Below are positions 22,945-34,645 of a stretch of 64,000 nucleotides of DNA, one piece after another. Made by a program: the position numbers and the translations under genes. The stretch comes from Phaeosaccion multiseriatum (Eukaryota; Protista; Ochrophyta, other classes). The stretch lies in assembly GCA_965112735.1 (NCBI GenBank), contig OZ218953.1, forward strand, positions 806,001 through 870,000. The letters are read 5' to 3'. The notes beneath the pieces are model-generated. The model was not told where the DNA came from. It did no database searches and saw only the letters and a list, made by a program, of their open reading frames with translations. Within the stretch, counting starts at the first letter, position 1; each line of letters starts with the position of its first letter.

Positions 22945-23466
22945 TTAGGCTGCTGGCGTCGCAGGCTCCCCATCTTGGGACAAGCCAGGTGTCGGAGCTT
23001 GAGGGGGCGTCGTAGACTCCCTCTCATGGGGCAAGCCAGCTGTCGTAGGCTCCCTCTCTTGGGACAAGCCAGCGGCTGTCGGAACCTTCTTGGGGGGCCT
23101 CGGGCGGCCCGCCCAGTGCACGAAGTGGTGCAGTAACACAAGAGAGTAGAGGGGCAATGCCGCCTCCTCCCGGGTCAATGTGCCGGCCTTCAGTGCTGCC
23201 ACTGTTGACCTCGGAAGCTTTGCTGCTGCTGCCGCTGCTGGTGCTGCCTTTGCCTCTCCATCCTTGCCAGCAGAAAGCCGCTTATTAATACCACCCTTTC
23301 TAGCAATTGGGAGGCGCTTATTGACAACCTTTTTGGCAGGTGTGGCACCGGCGGCTCGGGATGCGGACCTTGTCATGCGCCTCCCAACTGTGGCTTCTTC
23401 TGCCTTTGCTGCTGATGCTGCTGACGCCGAAGCTGTTGTCGTGTACGCTGTCTTCAGGTCCATCAT
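22945..23466 (-). CDS. Hypothetical basic Ala/Lys-rich protein with C-terminal ~33-bp repeats
   Basis: 173-aa ORF with ATG start, no recognisable domain, GLSQ(E/D)xEPxT repeats. Confidence 0.35.
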   Translation of the reverse strand: MMDLKTAYTTTASASAASAAKAEEATVGRRMTRSASRAAGATPAKKVVNKRLPIARKGGINKRLSAGKDGEAKAAPAAAAAAKLPRSTVAALKAGTLTREEAALPLYSLVLLHHFVHWAGRPRPPKKVPTAAGLSQEREPTTAGLPHERESTTPPQAPTPGLSQDGEPATPAA

Positions 23467-24077
23467 ATATCAAAAGATCAACTGCTGGTGGAAGGCTCGG
23501 CCTGGTGATCTTGACTGGCTTACAGGATTATCTGGCCGTCTACTCGCCTTCCAGCCGACTCTTGAGGCTGCGTGTGGTGTTTTCCCGGCTGTCTTGTCCG
23601 ACTGCTGCTGTGGGAGTGGATTGCAAGCGTTGAAAGAGTTGTTTGGAAGCGAAAGTGTACCACAAAAAGACCAAGAACTATTTCCGTACGCCACCAGGCG
23701 CCGTCTACTCACGCCCCAGTGGAGCTCTCGAGCGCCCGCACAGTATGTTACCACCCACCTGTCTCCAGAGGCTGTGTGAGTGCCTCAGTGCTCTATATAC
23801 TGCAATGTTGGAAATCGTGTTGTGGTCGACTCCCCCCCCCAGGATCCGCCGTCGGAGAGACCCGTGCATTACGTAAGACTATGTTATTATCCTTCTCCTC
23901 TTCCTCCTCAGATAAATCAGGGTTGTAAAGGAAACAGGGTGATCTTGGCATGCGTTCCCTTTTAATTACTAAGTATTTGTTTATTTGTGTTTCTCCGATC
24001 GGCACCAAGAGCTATGCTCTTAATGACGCCTTCATACTACAGTATGTACTAAGTAGCGTGGAAGGTTCAATGAGAGA

Positions 24078-25535
24078 TTATTTCCCCCCTTTTTTTAGAT
24101 TCAATACATGAACGAGCAGCTTTGCGACTTGTTCGTTCCAGACATCGCTGTGCTCGTCAATCGGTGCAGCCCCACCAGATTCCTTCGGTTTGGCTTCAAT
24201 GTTGTTCACTGCTTTCTCCAATTTCAAAACGCCTTCATCGTTCGGATACCACTCTTCGTTCGCTCTTGTGTCATCATTAAGTTTCTGAGCCCCGTTGCCT
24301 CCCATCGCCCCGTACTCGTCAAGGTTTATGAGCCCCTTTGCCTCCATGGGAACCTCTTCTCCTTTGATATGCAAAAAGAAGGCAGCCCATTGGAACACCT
24401 CTGACAAGGGTTTGTCCTTCTTGGTGTGAGTGATCACGATCGGCCCCGAAACCACGTCGTCTTGAAGTAGTACATCTTTGAACATGTAGTCCTGGGCGAA
24501 ACCGTAATGTGAAAAAGCTGCCTGGAGCAGCGTCATCGATTCAAAGCCTCGGCTGCTGCTTGAAGCTCCTTCATTCGCCGCCGCAGAGAGGAGTAGTCCC
24601 CCGAAACTATGGCCCACGAGGTGAATACGAGCACCGGTGTTGTCCTTCAAGGATTCCAGTACAGGGTATGCCGTCTTTAAACCCGTCTGTGCACCTCGCC
24701 GCATCATCTTCTGGAAGGTCAACAAATTGAGGATGGTCTGGAGGCCCTTTCTAAAATCAAAGCCCAACATGCGGGGCTCCCCCAAAGCGTGTGCCTCTGG
24801 ATCCTGCTGGGCTTCCTCAAAGTCCGCGCCATGGAAACAATAATCAGTGGTGTTGCCTTTCTCATCGCGCATCATGGCTCCTCCGGCCAGCTTAGCAAAA
24901 TTCCTATACTCATCTTCTTGCTGTTCGCCTGGAGACATCTCGATGGCCTTTTCAGCAGCCTCTAAGGCCTTCATCAGCACTTCATCCTTTGGAAACTCGT
25001 CTTTCAGTTCCGTAATGTGGGCTTCCAGCCGCTCCTCTTGCGACATTGCTTTGACGTTCGAGTCGCTGTTGTTGGGCGCAAAGTTATATTCTTTGGACGG
25101 CCAGACGATACCGAATACCCCGACGCGTTCATTCCTTTCTTTCCCGAGAAGAGGGGCCACATGGCCGAACAGTTTTTCGTAATTGGCAAGCGCATCGTCT
25201 TCGGACGTCCTCCAGCCGTGGGACACCACGAAAATATCCTCCAGTTTGTTTTCTTTCGCCCACTTCCCCAAGCTCTCCCCTACTGCGGCAGCATCTTGAG
25301 GCGTGTCTGGAGGAGTCTTAATAAGACTGAACTTCTGGTCCTTGTCAACTCTCAAGCATTTGAAATGAAGACGATCAGAAGAAGCTGCCCGCAGCGGGCC
25401 TGCTCCTGAGCCATTGACACGTGCGCCAATCGACTTGCCGAAAGAAGAACCAGGCGAGGGCAGCACGAAACACTCCGCATGGTGGATCGAGAAGCAATGC
25501 GCAAACCCTGACAAGAATACTGCTAGGAGCCGCAT
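24078..25535 (-). CDS. Intronless alpha/beta-hydrolase (bacterial-like) with bipartite signal/transit N-terminus
   Basis: 485-aa ORF. FVVSHGW oxyanion region, GIVWPS, nucleophile elbow HLVGHSFGG, LLQAAFSHYGFA, C-terminal HSDV. N-terminus is hydrophobic, then AEC|FVLP and a Ser/Arg-rich stretch lacking acidic residues. Confidence 0.85.
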   Translation of the reverse strand: MRLLAVFLSGFAHCFSIHHAECFVLPSPGSSFGKSIGARVNGSGAGPLRAASSDRLHFKCLRVDKDQKFSLIKTPPDTPQDAAAVGESLGKWAKENKLEDIFVVSHGWRTSEDDALANYEKLFGHVAPLLGKERNERVGVFGIVWPSKEYNFAPNNSDSNVKAMSQEERLEAHITELKDEFPKDEVLMKALEAAEKAIEMSPGEQQEDEYRNFAKLAGGAMMRDEKGNTTDYCFHGADFEEAQQDPEAHALGEPRMLGFDFRKGLQTILNLLTFQKMMRRGAQTGLKTAYPVLESLKDNTGARIHLVGHSFGGLLLSAAANEGASSSSRGFESMTLLQAAFSHYGFAQDYMFKDVLLQDDVVSGPIVITHTKKDKPLSEVFQWAAFFLHIKGEEVPMEAKGLINLDEYGAMGGNGAQKLNDDTRANEEWYPNDEGVLKLEKAVNNIEAKPKESGGAAPIDEHSDVWNEQVAKLLVHVLNLKKGGK

Positions 25536-25861
25536 TGTCAGGCAAGCTCAAGCTCCGATCAACAAGTGCAAAGACCCTGCCTCCTCGCACAGCCGGGCAA
25601 GCTCGCTCCGGCCGATCGCAATTTCCTCTTCCTTTCCTTCTCTTATCGCTCCGGCTACTGCAAATGTGTGCGCAGCACCCATGCAAGCTCCCCTTTTCCC
25701 TCGCGTCATGATTTTCGCCTTTCCTTCTTTCCTTCCTTTCCTTCGTTGAATTTTTATTGCTTCTTGAAGGCCAAGAACAGAGGGGTAGGGAGACGGGGGG
25801 GGGGGGTGTAAAAAGGAAAAAGGGGGGGGGTCGTATGTCAATTAACCGCCCTGTTTTTTCT

Positions 25862-26545
25862 CTGAAATCTAGTGAGCTTGGCAATAGAGGTATTGTGCAC
25901 GCTATAGGGCACCGCAGGCGAAGACCTTCGGGAATGTTGCGTCCTACATGGTTGTCTCGGTGGTGAGCACCTGAAAGTGCGATTACAGGACCTGCAGGGA
26001 CAAATTTAGCAGGTGGAAGGTGCCGCTCCCGAAACGGCATTTCTCGCTACCGACGGACACAAGGTGTGAACGCTACAGAGCACTAAAGGTGAAGATTTTT
26101 GGGGGAGCTGCGGTATACACAGTGTTATCGGGTTTGGATAGCTCAAAGTGCGCTTGAAGGAGCTGCGGGGAGAAAGTGGGCTTCTGAAATTTGAAGGCCC
26201 TTCCGCCCATTGACGAGCCGGGGGGGGGGGGGAGTGTACAGGCTTTAGAGCACGAGAGGTGAAGGGCTTCGGAGATCTTACGGAGAACATACGTCACGTG
26301 AGGGTGGGCAGCTGAAAGTGCGATTGAAGGGGCTGTTGGGGGGAAGTGGGCAGGTGAAATGTGAGGGCCCATTCACCCGTTTACGAGCATGGGGGGGAGA
26401 CGGGACTGTGCACGATTTAGAGCGTGGGAGGTGAGAATCTTCGCGGAGCAGACGGTCTGAGTAGCTTAATCGTTGCTAGGTAGCTGAAAGTGTGGTGATA
26501 GGATCTGCGGGGCGAAAGTGTGCAGGTGAGATGTCACGCCATTTT
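25862..26545. repeat. Degenerate ~171-bp tandem repeat, ~4 copies
   Basis: Anchor (G/C)CT(G/C)AAAGTG at ~25970, 26141, 26311 and 26483. Second anchor GTGxAC..TAGAGCAC..AGG(T/C)GAAG at ~25894, 26064, 26234 and 26406. Confidence 0.75.
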
Positions 26546-27394
26546 GGCGGGAAATGACCTCTGTGTGGTGCTCTCGCTCTGACTCCAGTCCAGAAAGGTG
26601 TCCTCCCCGCTCCCTGTCGAGCCTTGGCTCCCAGGGGCGGTCTCTAGGAAAGTCTCACTCGGTCTCGCGCCGACATCAGGGTCGCCTGCTTGCCACCCCG
26701 CCCCCCGCTCCTCCTCAAGACGGCCCTTCGTCCCAGCGACGGCTGCCAGAAGAACAGCTCCCACATGCGCTCTCTGTTCCTGCGCATTCTTCGACGTCAG
26801 CTCCACGAAACGCTTCCTGGCTGGCGTGATACTGGAGCACGCGGCCTCACCCTGCCGCTCGGTCGATGCCAAAGGAGACAGGCAACTCCTGAGCAGCTTC
26901 TTCACACCATTCTCCATCTGCTTCAGCCCTTTCTCCTTCCTCGAAATGTCCGTGGCCAAACATCCAATCTCCTTGGGAAGCTCCTCCAGACGGCCACTGT
27001 TGTCCACAAATATGTCATCATCTTCTCCCACTTCCTCTGCATACTCTTGCGCTAGACGCTGATGCTCCTCCTCCTTCCTTTTCTTCTCTTCCTCCAGCCT
27101 CGGGAGTTCTGTCTGCAGTTCACACCACGTGTCTACGCAATCGGAACATGCCACTTCCCATCTCCCGGTATCATGCTCCGCGCATAAGCGGCATATGAAG
27201 CGCGTCTCCTCCTCCCCTTCCTCCCCCCCCTCCTCCCTTGGTCTCTTTCGAGTCGTAAGGGAATGTGCTCCGCATGTCAGACTCTCCCCTGTGCCACCAA
27301 AGTGCTTGCAACGTCTCCTTCTTTCCTTCCACGTGAGCACGCTCTCACATTCGGGATCGGTACAGACCTTCCCGTCGTCCTCCTGCTTCGGCAT
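26534..27394 (-). CDS. Hypothetical protein with degenerate FYVE-like Cys cluster and coiled coil
   Basis: Open frame 26534-27787; likely start MPKQEDDGKVC. Pattern CTDPEC..RRRRCK..CGAH..CRLC..CSDC followed by an E/K-rich coiled coil. Confidence 0.5.
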   Translation of the reverse strand: MPKQEDDGKVCTDPECESVLTWKERRRRCKHFGGTGESLTCGAHSLTTRKRPREEGGEEGEEETRFICRLCAEHDTGRWEVACSDCVDTWCELQTELPRLEEEKKRKEEEHQRLAQEYAEEVGEDDDIFVDNSGRLEELPKEIGCLATDISRKEKGLKQMENGVKKLLRSCLSPLASTERQGEAACSSITPARKRFVELTSKNAQEQRAHVGAVLLAAVAGTKGRLEEERGAGWQAGDPDVGARPSETFLETAPGSQGSTGSGEDTFLDWSQSESTTQRSFPAKMA

Positions 27395-28143
27395 GCTGCT
27401 CACTCGTGACGACCTGCGGAAAGTGGCAAAAGAGAGGGGAGTACATTTATGCGATTTTGCGCATGGGATTATGACCTTTGAAGCTAAAACTTGGTCACAA
27501 GCCAGGCTATATAGGAGTGATGCTGATCCCCCTTGCCCCGCTCGTAACTGCCAGGCGAAGCCTTCCATCTCATGCCCTCTCCCCCTCTCGTGCGCCCTCA
27601 CCTTTTCGGCCACCTCGGGTGACGACCTGCGATAGACCTCTTGCCCTCCGCCCATGGACAGCGGCGGTACGGGAGTCATCAGACGTGTCCTACGGACCAG
27701 ATGACGCCCTGCTGGGCCCTGAAAATGGGTAGAATAGAGCAGCGTCCACGTCTCAGAGACATCCAAGTGTGAAGGTGGAGTACCCAAACTTCAGGGGCAA
27801 AAGCGCCGACGAGCTGGAGGCGGAAGAGCATGCGACGCATATGAAAAGTTTCGTATACTCCTGAAGAAGAGATCCTATCTTGGACCCGGCTTATCTCTAT
27901 GGGTATGCCCCCCTCCGTCCTCTCTCTCTATCGAAACCAAGGTTGGAGCAAAACGCGCCTTTGCCGCTCACCCGCTAATTCTTGCCACAAAGCTGCTGCG
28001 AGCACGCTCTCAGCTGCCCAATCCCGAGTTCACTGTGTTTTCCTCAAGCTTCCGCAAGCGCTTCGTCTGGGATAGTCCGTATATCTAGCATTCATCTGAG
28101 CAACGAGGGGCAGCGTGTTGACGGTACGTTGCTTTGAACAGTT

Positions 28144-28701
28144 GTGTGGACTCCTCTCATCACTCGGGGCGGGCAAAGCAAAGCAAGCAAGGGGACGAAC
28201 GCCCCCCACCGCGCCCATACCCTCCCCCCCTTGGTTGCTTCCCCCCCTCCCACACACACCACCGACTCTTGTGACAACTCCCAAGCCATTGAGCAGCTTT
28301 CAGAGCTTGTGCCGAGATTGTCCGGGGGCGTGACCGGCCGGGCCAGGACACCGCAGCGTCTCCCCCAAGAGACCCCGGACGACAAGACGGACGGAGCTAC
28401 GCAGACCGCCGACAACGACGACAAGACGGACGGAACAGTGCAGCAAGTTGTGCAATTTCTCCAAGACATGCAAGACACGGACGGGAAGGGGCTTGAAGTG
28501 CGTCAGATGCGCGAGGGAACGGGGTCCGGCAAGCGGGTGACCCTTTACATCAACAAGGGTGCGAGCCCAAAACTAAGGCGCACTCTGGAAAAGATTGCGA
28601 GCAGACTGCTGGAGTCGGAGGAGGGGGGGGGGCGAGGCCGAGGGGGGGGGGGAGGGGAAGGGGACGGGGAAGGAACTGTCCGGTGCTCCTATAGCGCCTA
28701 G
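28144..28701 (+). CDS. Hypothetical protein
   Basis: 185-aa open frame with protein-like composition and an internal DDKTDG duplication. No clear ATG or domain. Confidence 0.25.
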   Translation: MWTPLITRGGQSKASKGTNAPHRAHTLPPLVASPPPTHTTDSCDNSQAIEQLSELVPRLSGGVTGRARTPQRLPQETPDDKTDGATQTADNDDKTDGTVQQVVQFLQDMQDTDGKGLEVRQMREGTGSGKRVTLYINKGASPKLRRTLEKIASRLLESEEGGGRGRGGGGGEGDGEGTVRCSYSA

Positions 28702-29109
28702 CTACATAGAGTCATTAAAGGAGTGAACAGACATGATGTGTGTATCGCGATATAGAGATCGATATCCAGTGTATCACATCGATTTATCTCAACAGTAGCA
28801 CGCCGGCGGTCATTCGCAGGGCGGTGCGTGGGGCGGTGCCCTTCCATTGTCCTTCCCCCCCCTTTTTCTAGGTTGATTCTTACAAGTCAATATATATGTC
28901 GTCCTCTCTGTACGGTGTCGGCTTCTTTTCCCTTCCCCTGTCAAGGTCTATGCTATACTACCTTGCCTACTCACAAATCCAAAGTCAAACTCAAGAAGGC
29001 AGAAGCGCTTGTGGGAGGCAACGCATCAACAACTTTCTACCTGGGAGCCGAGCAGATCAGGCTCTGACAACCCGGGGGGGGCTGGTCAGTACAGCAAAAG
29101 GTTCTCCCC

Positions 29110-31101
29110 CTATTCCCCTTCCGTGGCGCTGATCCTGGCCTTGAGAGCGTTGATGCGCATGATTTGGCTTTGCACACCCTGTACAATAGTAGAAGCAGTG
29201 TAGAAAGCCAGTTTGAGTGTTGACGTGGGGCACAGGGTCGGCGAACAGGGGGGAGAGGGTGGGAGGGGAGGGGGGGAGAGAGAGACGGACAAATAAATGA
29301 GGCGCGGAGACTCGAGCACGCCGTTTCTCATGCTGTTGCCCTGCTTCTTTTCATCCCTTCTCTACTCCTGCAACTACTCTGCTCTGTTCTGCTCCGCTTT
29401 GCTCTGCTTTGCTCTGCTTTGCTCTGCTTTGCTTCACCACTCCTGCTGCTCGCAAAGCACATGCAACCAACCAGACAAGCACAACCAACCACCCCACCTT
29501 CTCAATCCTCTCTGCGTCGTGAACGTCCAGCATCGAGCCGAACCTGGACAGGAGGACCGGGGTACCGTGGAGGAAGACGGAGAGAGGGAGAGAGGGGGGG
29601 TGCAGGGGGGGGAATGGCCCAGTGGCACCATTAGTTGGCTGATTGTTTGCTGTCCCGGGGGGGGGGGGGGGAGGGAGGGAGGCAGGGCGAGAACTCAATC
29701 CTTGGTTGTGGATCCTACTGCCGGTCGGCTGGCGGCTCACTGCTGGTGGAGTCACTACCCCCTCCCCTTCCTATTTCTACACATGCAGCCACGACTTCAA
29801 ACATCACAAGAACGGACCCCGCCCGAGCCATCGAAGCACCACATCGCCAAGCACTGTCTGTGAACTGTGGCTCTGTTCACAGGGACTGCCTCACTTGGAG
29901 AACCACTTGTCGGGGTGCCATCTGAGCTGCGCCTCTCTTAGAGCCGCTCTCTTTGCCCCCTTGGAGGAAAGGTCCGTGACCGCTCCGAGGATGGACACGC
30001 TCTCACCGCCGCCCAGACCCTCCCCGAGGGGCGTCAGCTGGGGCAACCATGGAATGTCGTCGAATCTGTGGGAACGTTGAAGTACGATGTTATTGTTCTG
30101 TTGTGGTGGAACATTTGTGGTGGTTTGGAAGGAGGAGGAGGAGGAGGAGGAGGAGGAGGATGGACGACAAATACTGCTGTTGCTTCGACTCTAGGCTTCA
30201 CCGACCAGCAACCCAACGGTAACCTACCCTTGTCGCTCCCCTCGTCCCCCCTCCTCCCCCTCCTCCCCCACAGGACCTCACACACACACACAAAAGAGAG
30301 AGAGAGAAGAGAGAGAGAGGAGAGAGAGAGAAGAGATAGAAGAGAGAAGGGAGAGAAGGGAGAGAGAGAGGGAGAGAGAGAGAGAGATAGAGAGAGACTA
30401 GCCTACCCGAGCCTACCCGTCCCCTCGCGCACCTGATGGCGCCCATGGTCTTGACGTTCCACTTGTTGAAGGTGATCCACTTCTCCAGGTAGTGCCTCAC
30501 CCGCTGGGCATCTCGCAAGCGCAGCGCCTCTCTCAACTGCTGTGCTCTCTCTCGCGCGCGGAGCCTGTCCAGGTCCATTTGCTTGGCGCGCGCTGCTGCC
30601 GCCGCTCGATCAAAGTCATCTAGATCGCCATCGTCATCATCATCATCATGATCGTCGTCATAACGAGAACCATCAGCATCGTCATCCTCATCCTCATCCT
30701 CGTAGCTACCTTCCTCTTCCTCGCCGCCGCCGCCGCTGCCGTCCCCGTTCACATCTCCATTCCACACTTCCGTTTCATCACCCCCTTGCTGTCGACGTGT
30801 CCGTCTGGCTGCCGCTCCTGCTGGTGGCAGAGAAGAGCCGTCCCCCCCCCCTACACCGCCCCCTGCTTCTCCTCCTCCTCCCCCTATTCCTCCCTCTCCC
30901 TCTCCCTGCCCCCCCCCGTCCATATAGTAAGCCCCGTTCTTGAAGGTGAAGTTGCCGCTACTGGGTCTGTCCAGATACACAGCAATCTCCGGCAGCTTGC
31001 AAGGCTCATTGACCCAACGCATGTGCAGCGGTGTGGGTATCTGGCGAGAGAGTTTCTTGGCTCGCTTCTCATCTGCTGACGTTGGTTGCAGCTTGGGCGA
31101 G

Positions 31102-31142
<41 letters not shown>

Positions 31143-32894
31143 CGTGTGGTCGGCGTTCCCGCCAGAGAGGGCAAAAGGGGAGAGGGGAGAAGAGGGGAGA
31201 AGAGGGGAGAAGAGGGAGGTAGACGGAGGGCGGAGGGTTAGGAAAGGTGACGCAACAGATGGAGGGATAAAGAAAGAAAGACAGGCCACAGGGGGCGAGG
31301 TGAGGAACAGCCCCAAATGACCTGTCTAGCGCCTGCGCAGTGCAAGAGGGATTTTGGTCTGCCTTGCTACGCTCATTCTCACTCCTCTGGCCTCAAGGGA
31401 CCTTGTCTCCGCACCACGCACCTCTCTCGACGCGGGAAGAGGTTGATTCCCTTGAAGCAGTTTGGCTTACTGTTGTCATGAAGACAAGGAGGGAGGGAGG
31501 GAGGGAGGGAGGGAGGGAGGGAGGGAGGGACGGAGGGACGGGAGGGACGGAAAGCCGAAGGGACGGAGGGACGGAAAGCCGGAGGGACGGAGGGACGGAG
31601 AGGTTGCTTCAGCAGCAGGCAAGCGAGGGAAAGGAGCAAGAAGGTGCGGGGGGATCATCCTTGCTCACTCACGTGCCCACAGCACGCAAGAGCCGGCCAC
31701 CTCAAGTGACGATGAAAGCGCTCACCTGACGAGGCCGTTCTTGTGTGCCCAGCACTGGCAGTGGGGTCCCGACACACCGCAACTCACACATGGAGTGGTA
31801 AAAAGGTCCTGAACACCAGGTGGTAGTACAGTCGCAGCATCACACAAGGGCGAGGGAGGGACAAATGGAGAGTGTGAGAGGTCTAGGGTCGAGGATTGTG
31901 TATGGCGAGCGATGGGCCTCATAGGTGAGACTTGTGCGGTGCGCCGACATCTGATGGAGGATGCGCCCCCTGCTGACCTTCTTATTGCTCCGACAGCTCT
32001 CCTCGTGCAGGGCGAGATTGAGGGCGTTGACTTGCCGCCCACAGTACCCGCAGCTGAGGAGCGAGAAACACAACGACGACGGCCAACGGAAGGGGGGGCG
32101 TAGACATGAGGTGGAGAGCGGGAGGAGGGGAGAGCGGGATGCTAAGGAAGCAAGAGGAGCAACAAGTGGCTCTGTGTGTCAATGCAAGACAGCAGTAGCT
32201 CTGAAGTGCGGCCAAATTGCCCACACATTGACTCCTCTAGTGCAGACCGCGACTACTCTGTCGCTCGGGGCTCCTCCTCTTTCTCCTCCTCCTCTTACCT
32301 GAGCTTTTGGGGGAGCAAACCATCACTACCGGTGCTTGTTGAGGCTGCCGTCGCAGCTGCATCAGCAGCGGTATGATGCTCCACATCTGCCACGGTATTC
32401 CTCCTCTGCAGGGGATGCCGAGGGTGTTGTCCCACTGTGGCCCGCGCTTGTATCTTCCTCTCTCTCTCCTGGTGCTGTTCCTTCCACTTTTGGTAGTTCT
32501 TCAGCACGCGGGTACTGGTTGGAGCCTTCTTGCTCTCCCTCCCCGGCGTCGCCACGCTGGCCTCTCCGTCCTCCGCCTTTGCTCTTCCACCGCTGCTGGC
32601 GGTGGTGGTGGTGCCGGGGTTGCCTGCCTTGCCGCCTCGCGAAGGTCCACTGCTGACCAGGCCTCCACTCATGGGAGCTCTAGCTGTGACGGAGGCACTC
32701 TGTCCACTCTGGCTGGGAATGGGGGGCTTCTTCCGTTGCTTCGTCATTGTGCCCCTGGGCCTGCTACTTGCACCTGTTGTCGCGATGGTGGAAGCGTAGT
32801 ACCGCCCGCCCCGACTTTCACTGCTGCCGCTTCTCCCCTTCTCATTGCCACTGCTGACTGCCCTTCCTTTAGGAGGCAGCGGCGTGTAAATCAT
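29110..32894 (-). CDS. Multi-exon protein with C2HC-type Zn finger and C-terminal NFKBIL1-like (IPW..RWHPDK) domain
   Basis: Exons give CGYCGRQVNALNLALHEESC, CVSCG..CQC, an acidic tract, RFDDIPWLP..AALREAQLRWHPDKWFS (~29895-30065), RFGSMLDVHDAERIEK and VQGVQSQIMRINALK..GE* (29110). Start uncertain. Confidence 0.7.
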
Positions 32895-34645
32895 GCCTGT
32901 CGCTGCTTCTTCTCTCTCTCTCTCTCTCTCCCTCGCCCCGCCCCTCGACAATGTAACGGGCAGATCCGGATCCGACGGCGGATAACCCCGCAGTAAATAC
33001 TTCGTAGTAGTAAATAGTATCCACACGGCCTCAGAAGAAAGGTGGATGGCGGTAGCATACCGAGAGGTACTCAAGGTGTCGGCTGGGGCGCGGGTAGACA
33101 GCGCCTGGTAGCGTACGTAAATAGTATTGACTAAGAAAAAAAAGCCCTTCCAACGATCGAACTCGCAGAGCAGCAGTTGGATGAGGTAGCTGGGACGACA
33201 CCGAGAGTACCATCAAGAATTCGGCTGGAACGCGAGTAGACGGTCAGGTAATCTTACAAGTCTATACAGAGCACAGGCCGGACGAGCCTTCCACTCTAAT
33301 AGCAAAAGATGAAGATGGATGGATGACCGAACCAAGGCAGCGTATACAGGGGTTTAGAAAGAAGAAGTTGGGGACGCGTATGAGCAGCATCCAGAGCGGT
33401 TGCCGCTATGGAGAAGGTGGGGAAGAAGGGGAACAGCTAAGCGGCTTGAGATACGGGCAACAATAAAGGCAGCAGCAGAAGAAGAAGAAGACGTAGCTGC
33501 GGCTGCAGCAAAAGCAGTAGCAGCAGCAGCAGGAGGAGGAGGAGCAGCAGAAGAATGTGCAAGAAGGAGGATTTATGCGCAATCGCTTCTTCAGCTTTTG
33601 GTCAAGGACTCGAGGAAGGATGATGTCCCAAAAGAAGGGAGGGCATAAACGGCAGTCCAGGGCCAGATCTTGCCAGTGGCTGGTAGACTGTGTCTCTCTC
33701 CGTGCAATTGAGCACCGGCGTGGGATGCCTTATACCTGGGCCAACGAAGTAGCAAGGCTTGGAACATGGTGACGTACACTGTAATTCGAGACATTTGTCC
33801 ACGAGGTCCGGCGCTGCCTGTTGAACATGATGTGGCCGGAAGCGACGAGGAGATTCGCAACGAAGGCAATGATCGGAAGGTCGTGATATACTATAGTGGT
33901 AGATGGTTAGGGGGAGAGGAGGGGTCAGAGCATAGACTCGTGTGCATCTCATCACGCTGGGCTGGCGTACATGACACGCAGACCATGGTGTCCTTCACGA
34001 CTCTCCTTCTGCTCCTTCTGGTGATGACAGAATACAAACGCGTAAGTCAGTTGCTGTAGTCCTTGCAGAGAGTTAGAGAGAGGCCTGCGTATATGTAGAC
34101 TAGAAGGAGAAGACGAGTGCCAGGGATGGCATTTGCTGCATAAAATCTAGAAGCATATAAATCTGTATGTACCATATACCTACACATGAACTTTTTTCTT
34201 TCTCCGCTACCCTCTTACGACACTCCTTGTACATTCCTTTCCGCAATCCTCATGCTCCTCATACAGTTGCTCCGATGATGCTTCTTTGGTGCCCTCCATC
34301 ACTCCCGCTCCCGGCCTCAGCAGCCAATCATGTGGGTGTCTTTGCTTGCGCCCTGCCTGCCGATACGCACTCTCCCACGCAGACAACGCTCGCCTCCCTC
34401 TCGTCGCGCTCTTCTCGTTCTTCTTGTTAGTCTTCCATCTCCTTGTCATCTTCATCGTCCTTCTTCTCCGTCTTGCCGCTTCCTCTCCTTCATTATCTCT
34501 TTCTTGTCCTTCTTCCACCTCTTCTTCCTTCTCATGCTCCTTCATCTCTATCTCCTTCTCCTTCTTCATCTTCTTCCTTCTCATCCTCCTTCCTTCTTCA
34601 TGGCTCCAATCAACAGTGCGTGGAAAGGTGGTCTAGTCCAACTCA

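Noticed and set aside
27660-27775. PCWALK..RPRLRDI on + strand resembling kinase subdomain XI
   Set aside because: No other kinase motifs nearby; likely chance.
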